Source: Candidatus Iainarchaeum sp.
Lineage (GTDB): Archaea > Iainarchaeota > Iainarchaeia > Iainarchaeales > GCA-2688035
Reading direction: 5' to 3'
Assembly: GCA_017610175.1 (NCBI GenBank)
Contig: JAFCCO010000002.1
Coordinates: forward strand, 46,706 to 110,705
Length of the DNA: 64,000 nt
Below the pieces are notes generated by a model. That model was not told the origin of the DNA. It did not search any database and saw only the letters and a list, made by a program, of their open reading frames with translations. A program made the translations under genes and the position numbers. Positions 8,924-18,523 of this stretch are shown in pieces (within the stretch, counting starts at the first letter, position 1; each line of letters opens with the position of its first letter).

Positions 8924-10016
8924 TTTGCTTTCCCGAAACTTCGTTGACGGCTTTTACAAACAGACCGGCACTCCATGCATAAAAAGGTTCCGACTTAAGC
9001 AGCAGTGAATTAATCGGTTTTCCCTCAAAGAAAACCTCGTGCACAGAGCCGTTTCCATTAATCACCTGCGCAATTCTCTTAAGTTCCTGCTTCGGCTCTT
9101 TCTTCAGTCCAATTTTCTTCATTGCAATCGCATTCAGTGAGCCCAGCCACAGCCAGCTGCTTGTGTTGTGGTAGTGGTATGCATCAAGTGGAAACAGCCC
9201 GGGCGGAATTCTCCAAAAAGGGTATGCCGGGTAGTTTGCCTGAAGAGGCACCTTGCTTAGTTGGTGCTGCTTTATTTTGTTCTGGATCATTTGCCCCTGC
9301 TCTTTGTCGGCAATTCCAAAAAGAATTGAAAGCACGTTCCCGTCAGCACAAAAGTTGTCGTGCCTTGTCAAATCAATCCAGTCCGCGTAATAATTTCCCT
9401 GCCAGAACTTGCTGTTTATCTGCTGCTTAACCCTTTCTGCAAGCCTTGAGTGCTCCTCCGCAACCTTGTCAAGCTTCATTAACTCGGCAAGCTCTGCAAA
9501 ATCCTTCAGTGCCTTGTAGTAAAGGCAGTTTGAGTAAAGAACTTTTCCGCTTTTCAGCACGGTTTCCTGCCAGCCGGCAAAAAAGGGCTCCTCCAAAAGC
9601 AGGTCCCGATCAAAGTCCCTGCGTTTCAGCCAGGTTATTGCCTTTCTTGCGTTCTCAAAATGCTTTTGCACAAACTTTCTGTCCCTTGACTTGTCGTAAT
9701 AATCCTTTAGTGCAATTACCGCAAGCGCGTTCCCATCTAGGGGCTCTGAGACAATGTGGTGAAAGTGGGGCTTTAGCTTGTATTCTATCCGGTGTGGGAT
9801 TAGCCCGTCCCTTCTCTGCTTTGCAAAAAACAGGTCAAGTGATTTCCAGGAAGCGGTAAATTCGCCCATGCTGTTTGCGCCAAGCGAGGCAAAGAAAGAG
9901 TTTCTTGCCTTGTAATAGTTCATTTTGCCCCTGCCGGCAAGAATGCCGTGTTCGGCAAAACAATTGTGTAAATCCCTTAATGCAATGTTAAAAGCTTCCT
10001 TAACCTCTGGATGCAT
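8916..10016 (-). CDS. Six-hairpin glycosidase-like protein (amylo-alpha-1,6-glucosidase/GH116-like)
   Basis: LYSNCLYYKAL, INSKFW, DGNVLSIL, YHN..W.W, E..WSAG. Confidence 0.7.
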   Translation of the reverse strand: MHPEVKEAFNIALRDLHNCFAEHGILAGRGKMNYYKARNSFFASLGANSMGEFTASWKSLDLFFAKQRRDGLIPHRIEYKLKPHFHHIVSEPLDGNALAVIALKDYYDKSRDRKFVQKHFENARKAITWLKRRDFDRDLLLEEPFFAGWQETVLKSGKVLYSNCLYYKALKDFAELAELMKLDKVAEEHSRLAERVKQQINSKFWQGNYYADWIDLTRHDNFCADGNVLSILFGIADKEQGQMIQNKIKQHQLSKVPLQANYPAYPFWRIPPGLFPLDAYHYHNTSSWLWLGSLNAIAMKKIGLKKEPKQELKRIAQVINGNGSVHEVFFEGKPINSLLLKSEPFYAWSAGLFVKAVNEVSGKQND

Positions 10017-10091
10017 TACTATTTATTTGTTTTTAAACAAATAAAACCATATGCTTTTGATGAGGCTTTTTCTAAAAAAGGCGGTTTTTGC

Positions 10092-10886
10092 TTGAATTGC
10101 ATAAAAGTCACAAAATCGGTGTTCAAAAAGCTTTCTTTCCCAAAACCAAAGAGCCGAAAATACCAAAACGGCCTTGTTCTGGTTATTGCAGGAGGCAAGC
10201 AATACCACGGAAGCCTTGTTTTTGCGGCCAAGGCAGCGGCCCGCATTGCAGACCTTGTTTTTATTTCCACAACCAAAAACAACTTTCAGATTGTGAAAAA
10301 ATACTCCCCCACATTCATAGTCCACTCCCTTGCATCAGTCCGCAAGCTTGCCCGCAAGGCGGACTCAATCCTCATAGGTCCCGGAATTGAGGAAAGCAGG
10401 CGCATGAAAAAGCTTGTGAACGAGATAGTTTCCTCAAACAAGGACAAGGCAATTGTAATCGATGCCACCGCAATTTATCTTCTCAATCCAGGCAGGCTTC
10501 ACTCCAACTGCGTTGTTACACCGCACGCACGTGAATTTGAGTCCCTTTTTGGGACGCCCCCCACAAAAGAGAACGTTGTTCGCGCAGCAAGGGAACACAA
10601 CTGCATTGTCTGCCTCAAGGGAGCGGTTGATTTTATTTCCAACGGAAAAAAGCTTTACTGCAATTACACCGGAAACGAGGGCATGACAAAGGGTGGAACA
10701 GGTGATGTGCTTGCAGGCTTGCTTGCAGCGTTCGCAGCCAAAAGCCCCCTGCTTGAGTCGGCGCTTGCGGCACACTACCTCAACGGCTTTGCAGGCGATC
10801 TGCTTAAAAAAGAGCGCGGCCTGATGTTTGATGCTGAGGATTTGATGGAAAAGGTTCCGCTTGCTTTGAAAAATTTAGGTAGATAG
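10092..10886 (+). CDS. nnrD: ADP-dependent NAD(P)HX dehydratase
   Basis: G.VLVIAG, IGPG, IDA, TPHAREF, KGA, GGTGDVLAG; start estimated. Confidence 0.92.
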   Translation: MNCIKVTKSVFKKLSFPKPKSRKYQNGLVLVIAGGKQYHGSLVFAAKAAARIADLVFISTTKNNFQIVKKYSPTFIVHSLASVRKLARKADSILIGPGIEESRRMKKLVNEIVSSNKDKAIVIDATAIYLLNPGRLHSNCVVTPHAREFESLFGTPPTKENVVRAAREHNCIVCLKGAVDFISNGKKLYCNYTGNEGMTKGGTGDVLAGLLAAFAAKSPLLESALAAHYLNGFAGDLLKKERGLMFDAEDLMEKVPLALKNLGR

Positions 10887-10901
10887 GTTTTTATTGATTA
10901 A

Positions 10902-11099
10902 AACACTTGTGGCGAATGCGCATTTGCACCTGTTCCAAACGGCGCTACATGCGGCTATGGGATGGTGTGCATCAATGCCGAGTGTGTTGAAATAGAGAAA
11001 GTGGTTGTTTCACAGCCAGAGGATTTTACTCTAATTTATGTGGCTATCGCAGTGCTTGTTGTTTTGGTAGCTACCGCGTATTATTACAAAAGAATGTAA
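10902..11099 (+). pseudogene. Start-less C-terminal fragment of a Cys-rich surface protein with a TM anchor
   Basis: TCGECAFAPVPNGATCGYGMVCINAEC...LIYVAIAVLVVLVATAYYYKRM*, in-frame TAA at 10899. Confidence 0.55.
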
Positions 11100-11141
11100 T
11101 TACCCCCGCTCAATATAGTTAAAAGTGCAACAAAAGACAAC

Positions 11142-11474
11142 TTAGCTTTTAATTACCGTGCAAACTTTTTCAATTACCTGTTTTGTTTTATTTTTTTTCA
11201 AGGAACCGATTTTGTAATTAATGATTGAATTGTCTGCCGTGAAAATTTTGTTTGGCCTTATATTGCTGTCTTGTTTCAATGTTCCTTTCTTGAATTCTTT
11301 TTCAGAGAGTTGAATGCAATAATTGTCGCTTGTGTTCCTACTTGTAATTTGGCAGAGAATTAGGTCGTCTCCCTGCAAATTTGTTAAGACCATAGCAGGT
11401 CTTCTCTTTGCCTTGCTTAAATCGGAGAAAGGAAATGGAATTACTACAATGTCTCCCTTTACAAATTTTTCCAT
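11142..11474 (-). CDS. PemK/MazF family toxin
   Basis: KGDIVVIPFPFSDLS..KRRPA, QITS. Confidence 0.93.
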   Translation of the reverse strand: MEKFVKGDIVVIPFPFSDLSKAKRRPAMVLTNLQGDDLILCQITSRNTSDNYCIQLSEKEFKKGTLKQDSNIRPNKIFTADNSIINYKIGSLKKNKTKQVIEKVCTVIKS

Positions 11475-11704
11475 GATTCTTCCTCTTCTTTTGAAAGCCA
11501 GTCCTTTGCCAGGCTTTTCTCTGAAGCTAGCAATGTGAATGCTTTGTCCTTTAGTAGCGGGTCAAGTTTGCTTAGAGTTGCTTTTCCCTCTTTTTCAATA
11601 AGCAGCAACTTGCTTCCATAGCCTACTCTCATTTCTTCCCTAATCTTCTTTGGCAAAACAACCTGCCCTTTTTTGCTTACGGTTATTATTTCTATTTGAG
11701 TCAT
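11459..11704 (-). CDS. AbrB/MazE family antitoxin
   Basis: VSKKGQVVLPKKIRE; C-terminal ASEKSLAKDW; overlaps the toxin start. Confidence 0.9.
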   Translation of the reverse strand: MTQIEIITVSKKGQVVLPKKIREEMRVGYGSKLLLIEKEGKATLSKLDPLLKDKAFTLLASEKSLAKDWLSKEEEESWKNL

Positions 11705-11736
11705 ATTGCTATTACTCTTGCAAACAATTTATAAAT

Positions 11737-11759
11737 GTAAGTTTAAACTTACTTGTAAG
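11737..11759. promoter_or_regulatory. Probable TA operator palindrome
   Basis: Perfect 16-bp palindrome GTAAGTTTAAACTTAC plus CTTAC-TT-GTAAG, next to TATA ATTTATAAAT. Confidence 0.6.
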
Positions 11760-11760
11760 C

Positions 11761-13563
11761 TCACTCCCACTCGATTGTTGCAGGCGGCTTGTGCGTTATG
11801 TCAAAGAGAACCGAACCGATTCCCTCAATTGCAAGAACATCGCCCGAAATTTCTTTGAGTACGGCCTCTTTCATGGGATAAAAGCGTGCAGTCATTGCCT
11901 CCATGCTTTCAACAGGCCTGAGAACAATGCTTTCCCCGTCTCCGTTAACGCGCAGCGGAAGCAGAACGGTTGGGAACTGCCAGATTTCCTTCATCAAATC
12001 GTGCTCTGCAATTTTCTCCATTGCAATTGCGTCAGCCTCTCTCAAAAGTTCAATTCTTCCCCTGTTTAGGTCTGCTGCAAGCAGTTCAACAGATTCAATT
12101 TGGGGCGGTGCAACAAGCTTTAGCACACGGTTGATTTCCCTGATTTCGTTGGTTATTTTGGTGCTTGCTTTTTCAAGCACTCCCCAGTCACTTTCCCCGC
12201 CGACCAAAACGCATGGGTGGGCATAAGTTCTTGCGTCACCCTGCACTCCAACGCTCTTAATGGGTAGAATTTTAACTCCTAAATCAAATTCTTTTGCAAT
12301 TTTACCCGCTTTTGCCTCAATTTCTTCAAGAGAATTCTCTTTTCCGTCAGAGCAAAGGCACCTTATTGCAAGTCCCGGTCCGGGAAAAGGATGTCTCCAA
12401 ACCATTTCGTGCGGCAAGCCAAGCTCCTCTCCGAGCTCGCGCACCTCGTCCTTGTATAGCTGGTCAAGCGGCTCGACAACAAGCCCTTGCTCAATTAGTT
12501 CCACTATTGAGTCAACCCTGTTGTGGTGTGTTTTGATTTTTGCGGCGTGCTTTGTTCCTGCGGTTTCAATTGTGTCGGGGTAAATCGTGCCCTGCCCAAG
12601 CAGCCACTCCTCCGGGTCGAGTTCAAGCTTTCTCAATTCCCTGTTCTGAATTTCAATAAACTTTTCCCCAATAATTTTTCTCTTGCTCTCAGGCTCTAGT
12701 TCCCCCTTCACACCCTCAAAAAAATCTTCGCCCGCATTTACAACGTGGAAATTTCCAAACCCGAGCTTTTCAAGTTCCCGCTCAACGTTTTCACTTTCGT
12801 CTTTTCTCATAAATCCTGTGTCAACGTGCAGGGCATAAATCTTTTCGCTTCCAAGCGCCTTGTGCAGGAGAGCGAGCGCAACCGTGCTGTCAACCCCGCC
12901 AGAGGCGAGAAGGAAAACGTTCTTCTTGCCCACCTGTTTCTTTATTTCCCCACACTTTTGTGCGATGTAATTCTTTGTTGTCCAGTCCTGTTTGCATCCG
13001 CAAACTCCTTTCACAAAATTTTCAAGCATTTTCAATCCGTTGGGTGTGTGCGTTACCTCCGGGTGGAATTGGAATCCAAAAAAGTTTCGTGAAAAGTTCG
13101 CCACCGCCGCATTTTTGCAGTCCGGAGTGCTTGCAATTACCTCAAACCCTTTTCCCAACCCCCCAACCTTGTCGCCATGCGACATCCACACTGTTTCTTT
13201 TTCCTCAAGCCCTTCAAACATTTTGTTTTCCTTTGAAACCTCTATCTCGGCAAGCCCGTACTCACGAACATTTCCCTGCTCCACCTTCCCGCCAGTCTGC
13301 TGTGCCATCAACTGGTGTCCATAACAGAGACCAAGAATTGGAATTCCAAGCGAAAAGATTTCTGGGTTGAATGGCGGCGCGTCTTTCTCATACACTGAGC
13401 TTGGTCCACCGCTTAAAATTATTCCTTTTGCCTTTCTGAGTTTTTCTGTTGGGGCGTCTGGCTCAAGAATTTCGGAAAAAACGTGAAGTTGCCTGACCCT
13501 TCTTGCAATCAGATGCGCATACTGCGCACCAAAGTCAAGCACTATAATCTTGTTTTCTTCCAT
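11761..13563 (-). CDS. guaA: GMP synthase, fused GATase and synthase domains
   Basis: LDFGAQY, SGGP, GLCYGHQ, QFHPEV, SGGVDS, IKTHHN, KPPATIEWE; start MEENK. Confidence 0.97.
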   Translation of the reverse strand: MEENKIIVLDFGAQYAHLIARRVRQLHVFSEILEPDAPTEKLRKAKGIILSGGPSSVYEKDAPPFNPEIFSLGIPILGLCYGHQLMAQQTGGKVEQGNVREYGLAEIEVSKENKMFEGLEEKETVWMSHGDKVGGLGKGFEVIASTPDCKNAAVANFSRNFFGFQFHPEVTHTPNGLKMLENFVKGVCGCKQDWTTKNYIAQKCGEIKKQVGKKNVFLLASGGVDSTVALALLHKALGSEKIYALHVDTGFMRKDESENVERELEKLGFGNFHVVNAGEDFFEGVKGELEPESKRKIIGEKFIEIQNRELRKLELDPEEWLLGQGTIYPDTIETAGTKHAAKIKTHHNRVDSIVELIEQGLVVEPLDQLYKDEVRELGEELGLPHEMVWRHPFPGPGLAIRCLCSDGKENSLEEIEAKAGKIAKEFDLGVKILPIKSVGVQGDARTYAHPCVLVGGESDWGVLEKASTKITNEIREINRVLKLVAPPQIESVELLAADLNRGRIELLREADAIAMEKIAEHDLMKEIWQFPTVLLPLRVNGDGESIVLRPVESMEAMTARFYPMKEAVLKEISGDVLAIEGIGSVLFDITHKPPATIEWE

Positions 13564-13614
13564 AAAATAATCATAATGGAAAGGTTTTAATATCTCTTCC
13601 GCGTGAATTATTTC

Positions 13615-14223
13615 ATGAAACCAAGAGTTAGAAGAGTTGTTAAGAAAGGGCCTGCAAAGCGCAGGGTTCCGAGAAAGGCAAAGCCCAAGGCGGGGGCTGC
13701 AAAGGCTCCAAGAGTTAAGGGTTTGAAGAATCTTACCCACATGCTTTCAATGTTTGTGGGAAGTAAGGGTCTTCACGCGGCCTACAAGGACCCCAAAAAG
13801 GGATGGGTTATCAGGCCAAGAGCGAAGGGCATTGTGCTGGCTCCTGTTAAATTTTTGGCGGAAAGGCGAACAATGCTTGACCAGATGATTAAGGAAGGGC
13901 AGCAGCTTCAGGTTCCAAAGAATGCTGAAAGGGCAATTCTTAATGCGTTGAGGGGAAGAAGCCTCTCCAAAACAGAGGCCGGGACGGCTTCCGCTGCTCA
14001 GGGGCGGCTTAAAGTGGTTGAAACACGTGATATTTATTTTGATAAGCGTATTCCGCAGGTTTTTGGAGAGGGAAAAAGGGCAAAAGCAGCCCTTGTGGAA
14101 CTGTATAAGGATGCCAGGCAGCAGCTTAGGGGCTTGCATGGCAAGATTAACCAGGTTGAGTATAATTTCAGGCTTGAGCTTCTTCGCCAGGCCGCGAGCA
14201 AGCTTCGCAAAGTCAATTTCTGA
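13615..14223 (+). CDS. Highly basic orphan protein
   Basis: 202-aa ORF starting MKPRVRRVVKKGPAKRR; TATA about 23 nt upstream. Confidence 0.7.
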   Translation: MKPRVRRVVKKGPAKRRVPRKAKPKAGAAKAPRVKGLKNLTHMLSMFVGSKGLHAAYKDPKKGWVIRPRAKGIVLAPVKFLAERRTMLDQMIKEGQQLQVPKNAERAILNALRGRSLSKTEAGTASAAQGRLKVVETRDIYFDKRIPQVFGEGKRAKAALVELYKDARQQLRGLHGKINQVEYNFRLELLRQAASKLRKVNF

Positions 14224-14392
14224 ACTTTTTTGCTTAGCCCCGCGCTTCCGGAAAAACTATTTAAAGAACTTTGGTGCTATATTAGTGCGTGTTGGGAGTT
14301 AAGGAGGTAGGCCATATCACAATGTGATTCCCTGGCTTACCTCTCTTACGATTATCCTCTTCTTTTAGAGCCTTTTTATTGCAAAAATAGCC

Positions 14393-15910
14393 TTATTTCA
14401 TTGCAGTGCTGTTAAGCATCTTTTCAGTTGCCTTTACTGCGGCCATTACCTGGTCTGAGTCGACCCCGATTGTTTTGAAAACGGTTCCGTTCTTTTTCCA
14501 AACAATGGTTGTCTCAACAAGCGCGTCAGTCTTTCCGCCCGGTGGAATCCTCACCTCATAGTCAGTCAGCTGTGGCAGGCTTAAGCCCATTTTCTTTGCG
14601 GCAGGAGTTAATGCATTCATGAATGCGTCATACCCTCCGTCCCCAACCCCGCTGGTTTCAACCGTGTCTCCGTTTGATTTAAGTGTGAATGAGGCAGTTG
14701 GGGTTATTCCCTTTCCGCTTGTTACCACACAGTTAATTATTTTGATGCGCTGTGTTTCAGGGGTTTGCAGAACGTCCGAAACAATGTAGGGAAGGTCCTC
14801 GGGAGTTATTTTTTCCTTCATGTCCCCGAGCTTTACGATTCTTTCAAGAACCGCTTTTCTTTGCTCTGCAGTCAATTCAATCCCAAGCTTTTTCAGGTTC
14901 ATTTCAAGCGATGCCTTTCCCGAAAGCTTTCCCAAAGCGTACTCGCGTTCCCGCCCAAATCTTTTTGGGAGTAATTTGTTTGCGTAAAGGTTTCCTTTCT
15001 TGTCCCCGTCTGCGTGGATTCCCGCTGTTTGCGTGAACGTATTTTCACCCGAAATCGGCTTGTTTTCTGCCAGCCTTTTTCCTGAAAATGTTTCAGCTAT
15101 CTTGCTTGCCATGTATATTTTCTCTTCCGCAACCCTTGTTTCAAATTGAGTGTGGTCCTTTATTGCGGCGGCAACCTCGTCAAGCGGTGCATTCCCGCAT
15201 CTTTCCCCCAGCCCGTTTAGCGTAACGTGCATGCCTGAGCAGCCGGCCTCTGTTGCCGCAAGTGTGTTTGCCACAGCAAGCCCGTAATCATTGTGTGCGT
15301 GGAAGTCAAATTTCATTTCAGGGAATTCTTTAAGCATTTCCCCCACAAACTGCGCCGTTTTTGTTGGGGAAAAAACCCCCAGCGTGTCAGGGAGAAGAAC
15401 TCGTTCTATTGGAAGCTCTGAAAGCAGTTTGGTGAATTCAAGCACGTATTCCTTGCTTTCCTGAATTCCGTTGCTCCAGTCCTCGAGGTAAACATTTACA
15501 TTAAAGCCCTGCTTTTTTGCGTACTCAATTGTTTTTTTCGCATCCTCAAAGTGCTGTTCCTTGCTTTTGCCAAGCTGCTGTGTGCAGTGCTTTAAGCTTC
15601 CTTTTGCAAGCAGGTTAATTGTTTTTCCACCCGCCCTTTTAATCCAGTTAACCGATTCCTCAAAGTCCACAAAGCCAAGCACTTCAACCCTTTCAAGAAG
15701 CCCTTCTTTTTTTGCCCAGGCCGTTATTTTTTTAACCGCTTCAAGTTCGCCCTCTGAAACCCTTGCATTTGCAACCTCTATCCTGTCAACTTTCAGCTCG
15801 CTTAGGAGCATTTTTGCAAGCCCAAGCTTTTCCTCGGGTGAGAATGCGACGTTTTGGGTTTGTTCCCCGTCGCGCAGCGTAGTGTCCATTATTTCAACGG
15901 TTTTGCTCAT
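14393..15910 (-). CDS. cimA: Citramalate synthase (LeuA family, Leptospira/Bacteroidota-like)
   Basis: DTTLRDGEQT, ARVSEGE, YLEDWSNG, HAHND, C-terminal regulatory domain. Confidence 0.8.
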   Translation of the reverse strand: MSKTVEIMDTTLRDGEQTQNVAFSPEEKLGLAKMLLSELKVDRIEVANARVSEGELEAVKKITAWAKKEGLLERVEVLGFVDFEESVNWIKRAGGKTINLLAKGSLKHCTQQLGKSKEQHFEDAKKTIEYAKKQGFNVNVYLEDWSNGIQESKEYVLEFTKLLSELPIERVLLPDTLGVFSPTKTAQFVGEMLKEFPEMKFDFHAHNDYGLAVANTLAATEAGCSGMHVTLNGLGERCGNAPLDEVAAAIKDHTQFETRVAEEKIYMASKIAETFSGKRLAENKPISGENTFTQTAGIHADGDKKGNLYANKLLPKRFGREREYALGKLSGKASLEMNLKKLGIELTAEQRKAVLERIVKLGDMKEKITPEDLPYIVSDVLQTPETQRIKIINCVVTSGKGITPTASFTLKSNGDTVETSGVGDGGYDAFMNALTPAAKKMGLSLPQLTDYEVRIPPGGKTDALVETTIVWKKNGTVFKTIGVDSDQVMAAVKATEKMLNSTAMK

Positions 15911-15964
15911 GCGGATGCCCCCTTTGGAAATACTGGTTTGGTGGCTAAACAATTCAAGAAACAG

Positions 15965-16003
15965 TTATTGCGGAAGAATCCGTAAATCCCTTCTGTTTGC
16001 CAT
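15965..16003 (-). CDS. Putative leaderless leader peptide MANRRDLRILPQ
   Basis: ATG 23 nt after TTTAAAAA; ends 54 nt before the cimA ATG. Confidence 0.5.
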   Translation of the reverse strand: MANRRDLRILPQ

Positions 16004-16078
16004 AATAATCTTTTAGTTGCCCTGTTTTTTTAAAGCTTTGCACAGGGGCGTGGTCATTTCCTTTTTAGGTTCGGGGCA

Positions 16079-16606
16079 TTATACTGCGCGCAAATCTATT
16101 ACCCTGTCAACAAACATGCTTGCTTCCTGGATTAGTGCGTCCTGTTCCTTTATGCTCAGCGCGTAAAACAGTGCCTTTGTTTTGGTTGTTTTTATTTTTG
16201 TGGTAGTGTTTGACAGGAACTTTGCAACAGGTGCCTTTTCCTGGTAAATTATCAGGTTTGTCAGAGAGTCAAAAATAAGGTAGTCGACTCCTTTGGCAAG
16301 CATTTCAGAAATTGCTATTGCAATTTTTGTAAGCGCCGCAGGGGACGAAACATATATGCATTGAGGGCTATCCTCAACCTGCCTAATTGTTTTTGAGATT
16401 GCATCCACAAACAGGAAGTTTGTTATGTTAATCTTCAGCTTTTCAAATTCTTCCTTTATTGCGGGGAAGGTTTTGTTAAGTGAAATGTAGGCAACCTTCT
16501 TTCCACTGAGTTGTTTTGCGATATTTTCTGTCAGCGGGTTGTACTGGGTTCCCGGAACAAGAAGTAAAATTGTTTGGTCTTCGGCAAGTGCGGTAACTAC
16601 ATTCAT
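16079..16606 (-). CDS. Degenerate KaiC/RecA-like ATPase-fold protein
   Basis: YISLNK, FVDAIS, LIFDSL; no Walker A. Confidence 0.65.
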   Translation of the reverse strand: MNVVTALAEDQTILLLVPGTQYNPLTENIAKQLSGKKVAYISLNKTFPAIKEEFEKLKINITNFLFVDAISKTIRQVEDSPQCIYVSSPAALTKIAIAISEMLAKGVDYLIFDSLTNLIIYQEKAPVAKFLSNTTTKIKTTKTKALFYALSIKEQDALIQEASMFVDRVIDLRAV

Positions 16607-16608
16607 CT

Positions 16609-16959
16609 TTATGCCCCCGTTAGTTTCTTCACACGTTTCAAAAGGTCTTTAAGGTCAAATGGCTTTTGAATGAAGTCCACAATGTTTCCCTTTATCAGGT
16701 CCTCTTTTTCAGCTTCCCCAACCCTTACAACCGTGAGGTATGCTATTTTGATTCCCTTTATTTCGGAGACTATTTCCCTTGTCGGCCTGCCGGGCATCAT
16801 TATGTCCATCAAAATCAGGTCCGGTTTTTCGGTTTCAAGCTTGTTCAGGCAGTCTTCCCCGCTTACTGCCGTAAGAACTTTGTAACCCTCTTTCTCAAGA
16901 ATGGTTTTCACTGTGTCCCTAATGTCTGATTCGTCGTCAACAACCATTACAGTTTTCAT
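16609..16959 (-). CDS. Stand-alone response regulator receiver
   Basis: VVDDE, DLILMDIMMP, QKPF. Confidence 0.93.
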   Translation of the reverse strand: MKTVMVVDDESDIRDTVKTILEKEGYKVLTAVSGEDCLNKLETEKPDLILMDIMMPGRPTREIVSEIKGIKIAYLTVVRVGEAEKEDLIKGNIVDFIQKPFDLKDLLKRVKKLTGA

Positions 16960-17064
16960 TTTCAACACTCTCCGGTATTTGCTCTTTTTTTCTGGAAATA
17001 TAAGCCCTTAATTTATATTAATACTTATCGTTTGATAGCTTACATGTATTTATGCAATTAGGGC

Positions 17065-18465
17065 CTATTTTTGTTGCAAATGCCATTTTGTGCCGTTTGG
17101 GGTGTCATCAATTAGCACGCCCTGCGCCGCAAGCTCATCCCTGATTTTGTCGGACTCTTCCCACTTCTTTTCCGCGCGCAGTTCTTCCCTTTTCTTAATC
17201 AGGCCAAGCAGTTCCTTGGAAAGTTCAGACTTTTCCTGCTCAAACTTAAACGCCTGCAGGAACTTATTCACCTGCTTGAGGAAATCGAGTGCGTGCTCCC
17301 CATTCTCCTTTCCAAACGTTTCTTCGCCCATGCTTTTGTTGAGTTCTGTCTGCATTTTTTGCAGTGCAGCCCATGCATTCGGAAGCATGAAGTCGTCGTC
17401 AAGTGCGGCGTTCACTTCTTCCCTTGTTTTTTCAACAACTGCGTCGGCTTCCTTGCTTTCATCCCCATCTTTCCAGCCCAAAAGCCTTTCAATAAACAAA
17501 TCCCATTTTTTTAGCGTATTTTTTGCCTTCTCCATTGCTTTCTCTGTGAAATCTATTCTGCTTCTGTAGTGCAGCCCAGCCACAAAGAACCTGAATGTGC
17601 GTGCGTCATACTTTTTAAGAAGGTCAGGGATTTGGATGAAGTTTCCAAGGCTCTTTGACATTTTCTGCCCGTCAACGTTGAGGAAGCCTGAGTGAATCCA
17701 GTACTTTACAAACGGTTCCTTTCCGCTTCTTGCCTCACTTTGTGCAATCTCATTTTCGTGGTGCGGGAAAATTAAATCCACTGCCCCGCCGTGAATGTCA
17801 ATCTGCTCCCCAAGGTGCTTGCTGCTCATAACGCTGCATTCAATGTGCCAGCCAGGCCTTCCCTTTCCCCAGGGTGAGTCCCACGCGGGTTCGTTTTCCT
17901 GCTTTTGCTTTTTCCACAGCGCAAAGTCCTTTGCGTTCTCCTTGTCGTACTTGTCTGTTTCAACCCTTGTTCCGGTCTTTTGCTCTTTTGCCTTTATGCC
18001 GCTTAATTTTCCGTACCCTGGAAACTTGCTTATGTCAAAGTACACGCCGTCATCCGTTTCGTAGGCAAAGCCTTTGTCCTGAAGTTCTTTCACAAAGTCA
18101 ATTATCGCCCCAATGTGTTCTGTTACCCTTGGGTAAACGTCTGCCTTTTTGATTCCAAGCGAATCCATGTCCTTGAAGAAGAGCGCGATATTTTTGTCGG
18201 CAAGCTCGAAAATGGTTATTCCCTGTTCGTTTGCCTTCTTTATCATGTCGTCGTGGATGTCTGTCAGGTTCACAACAAATTTCACGTTAAATCCGCGGCT
18301 CTCTAAATAGCGCCTTATAATATCGAATGCAACATAGGTTCTTGCGTGCCCTATGTGTCCCGGCCCGTAGACGGTTGGGCCGCATACATACATTGAGAGG
18401 TTTTTTCCGTGAAGCGGTTTAAGTTCCTGTTTCTCCCTTCCCAGTGTATTGTATACTTTTACCAT
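17065..18465 (-). CDS. cysS: Cysteinyl-tRNA synthetase
   Basis: CGPTVY, HIGH, GRPGWHIEC, KMSKS. Confidence 0.98.
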   Translation of the reverse strand: MVKVYNTLGREKQELKPLHGKNLSMYVCGPTVYGPGHIGHARTYVAFDIIRRYLESRGFNVKFVVNLTDIHDDMIKKANEQGITIFELADKNIALFFKDMDSLGIKKADVYPRVTEHIGAIIDFVKELQDKGFAYETDDGVYFDISKFPGYGKLSGIKAKEQKTGTRVETDKYDKENAKDFALWKKQKQENEPAWDSPWGKGRPGWHIECSVMSSKHLGEQIDIHGGAVDLIFPHHENEIAQSEARSGKEPFVKYWIHSGFLNVDGQKMSKSLGNFIQIPDLLKKYDARTFRFFVAGLHYRSRIDFTEKAMEKAKNTLKKWDLFIERLLGWKDGDESKEADAVVEKTREEVNAALDDDFMLPNAWAALQKMQTELNKSMGEETFGKENGEHALDFLKQVNKFLQAFKFEQEKSELSKELLGLIKKREELRAEKKWEESDKIRDELAAQGVLIDDTPNGTKWHLQQK

Positions 18466-18523
18466 TGCCTGTCACTTCAAATAACTTGGAAAAAACTAAA
18501 TAAAATGCTTTGCTTGGCGGCAA

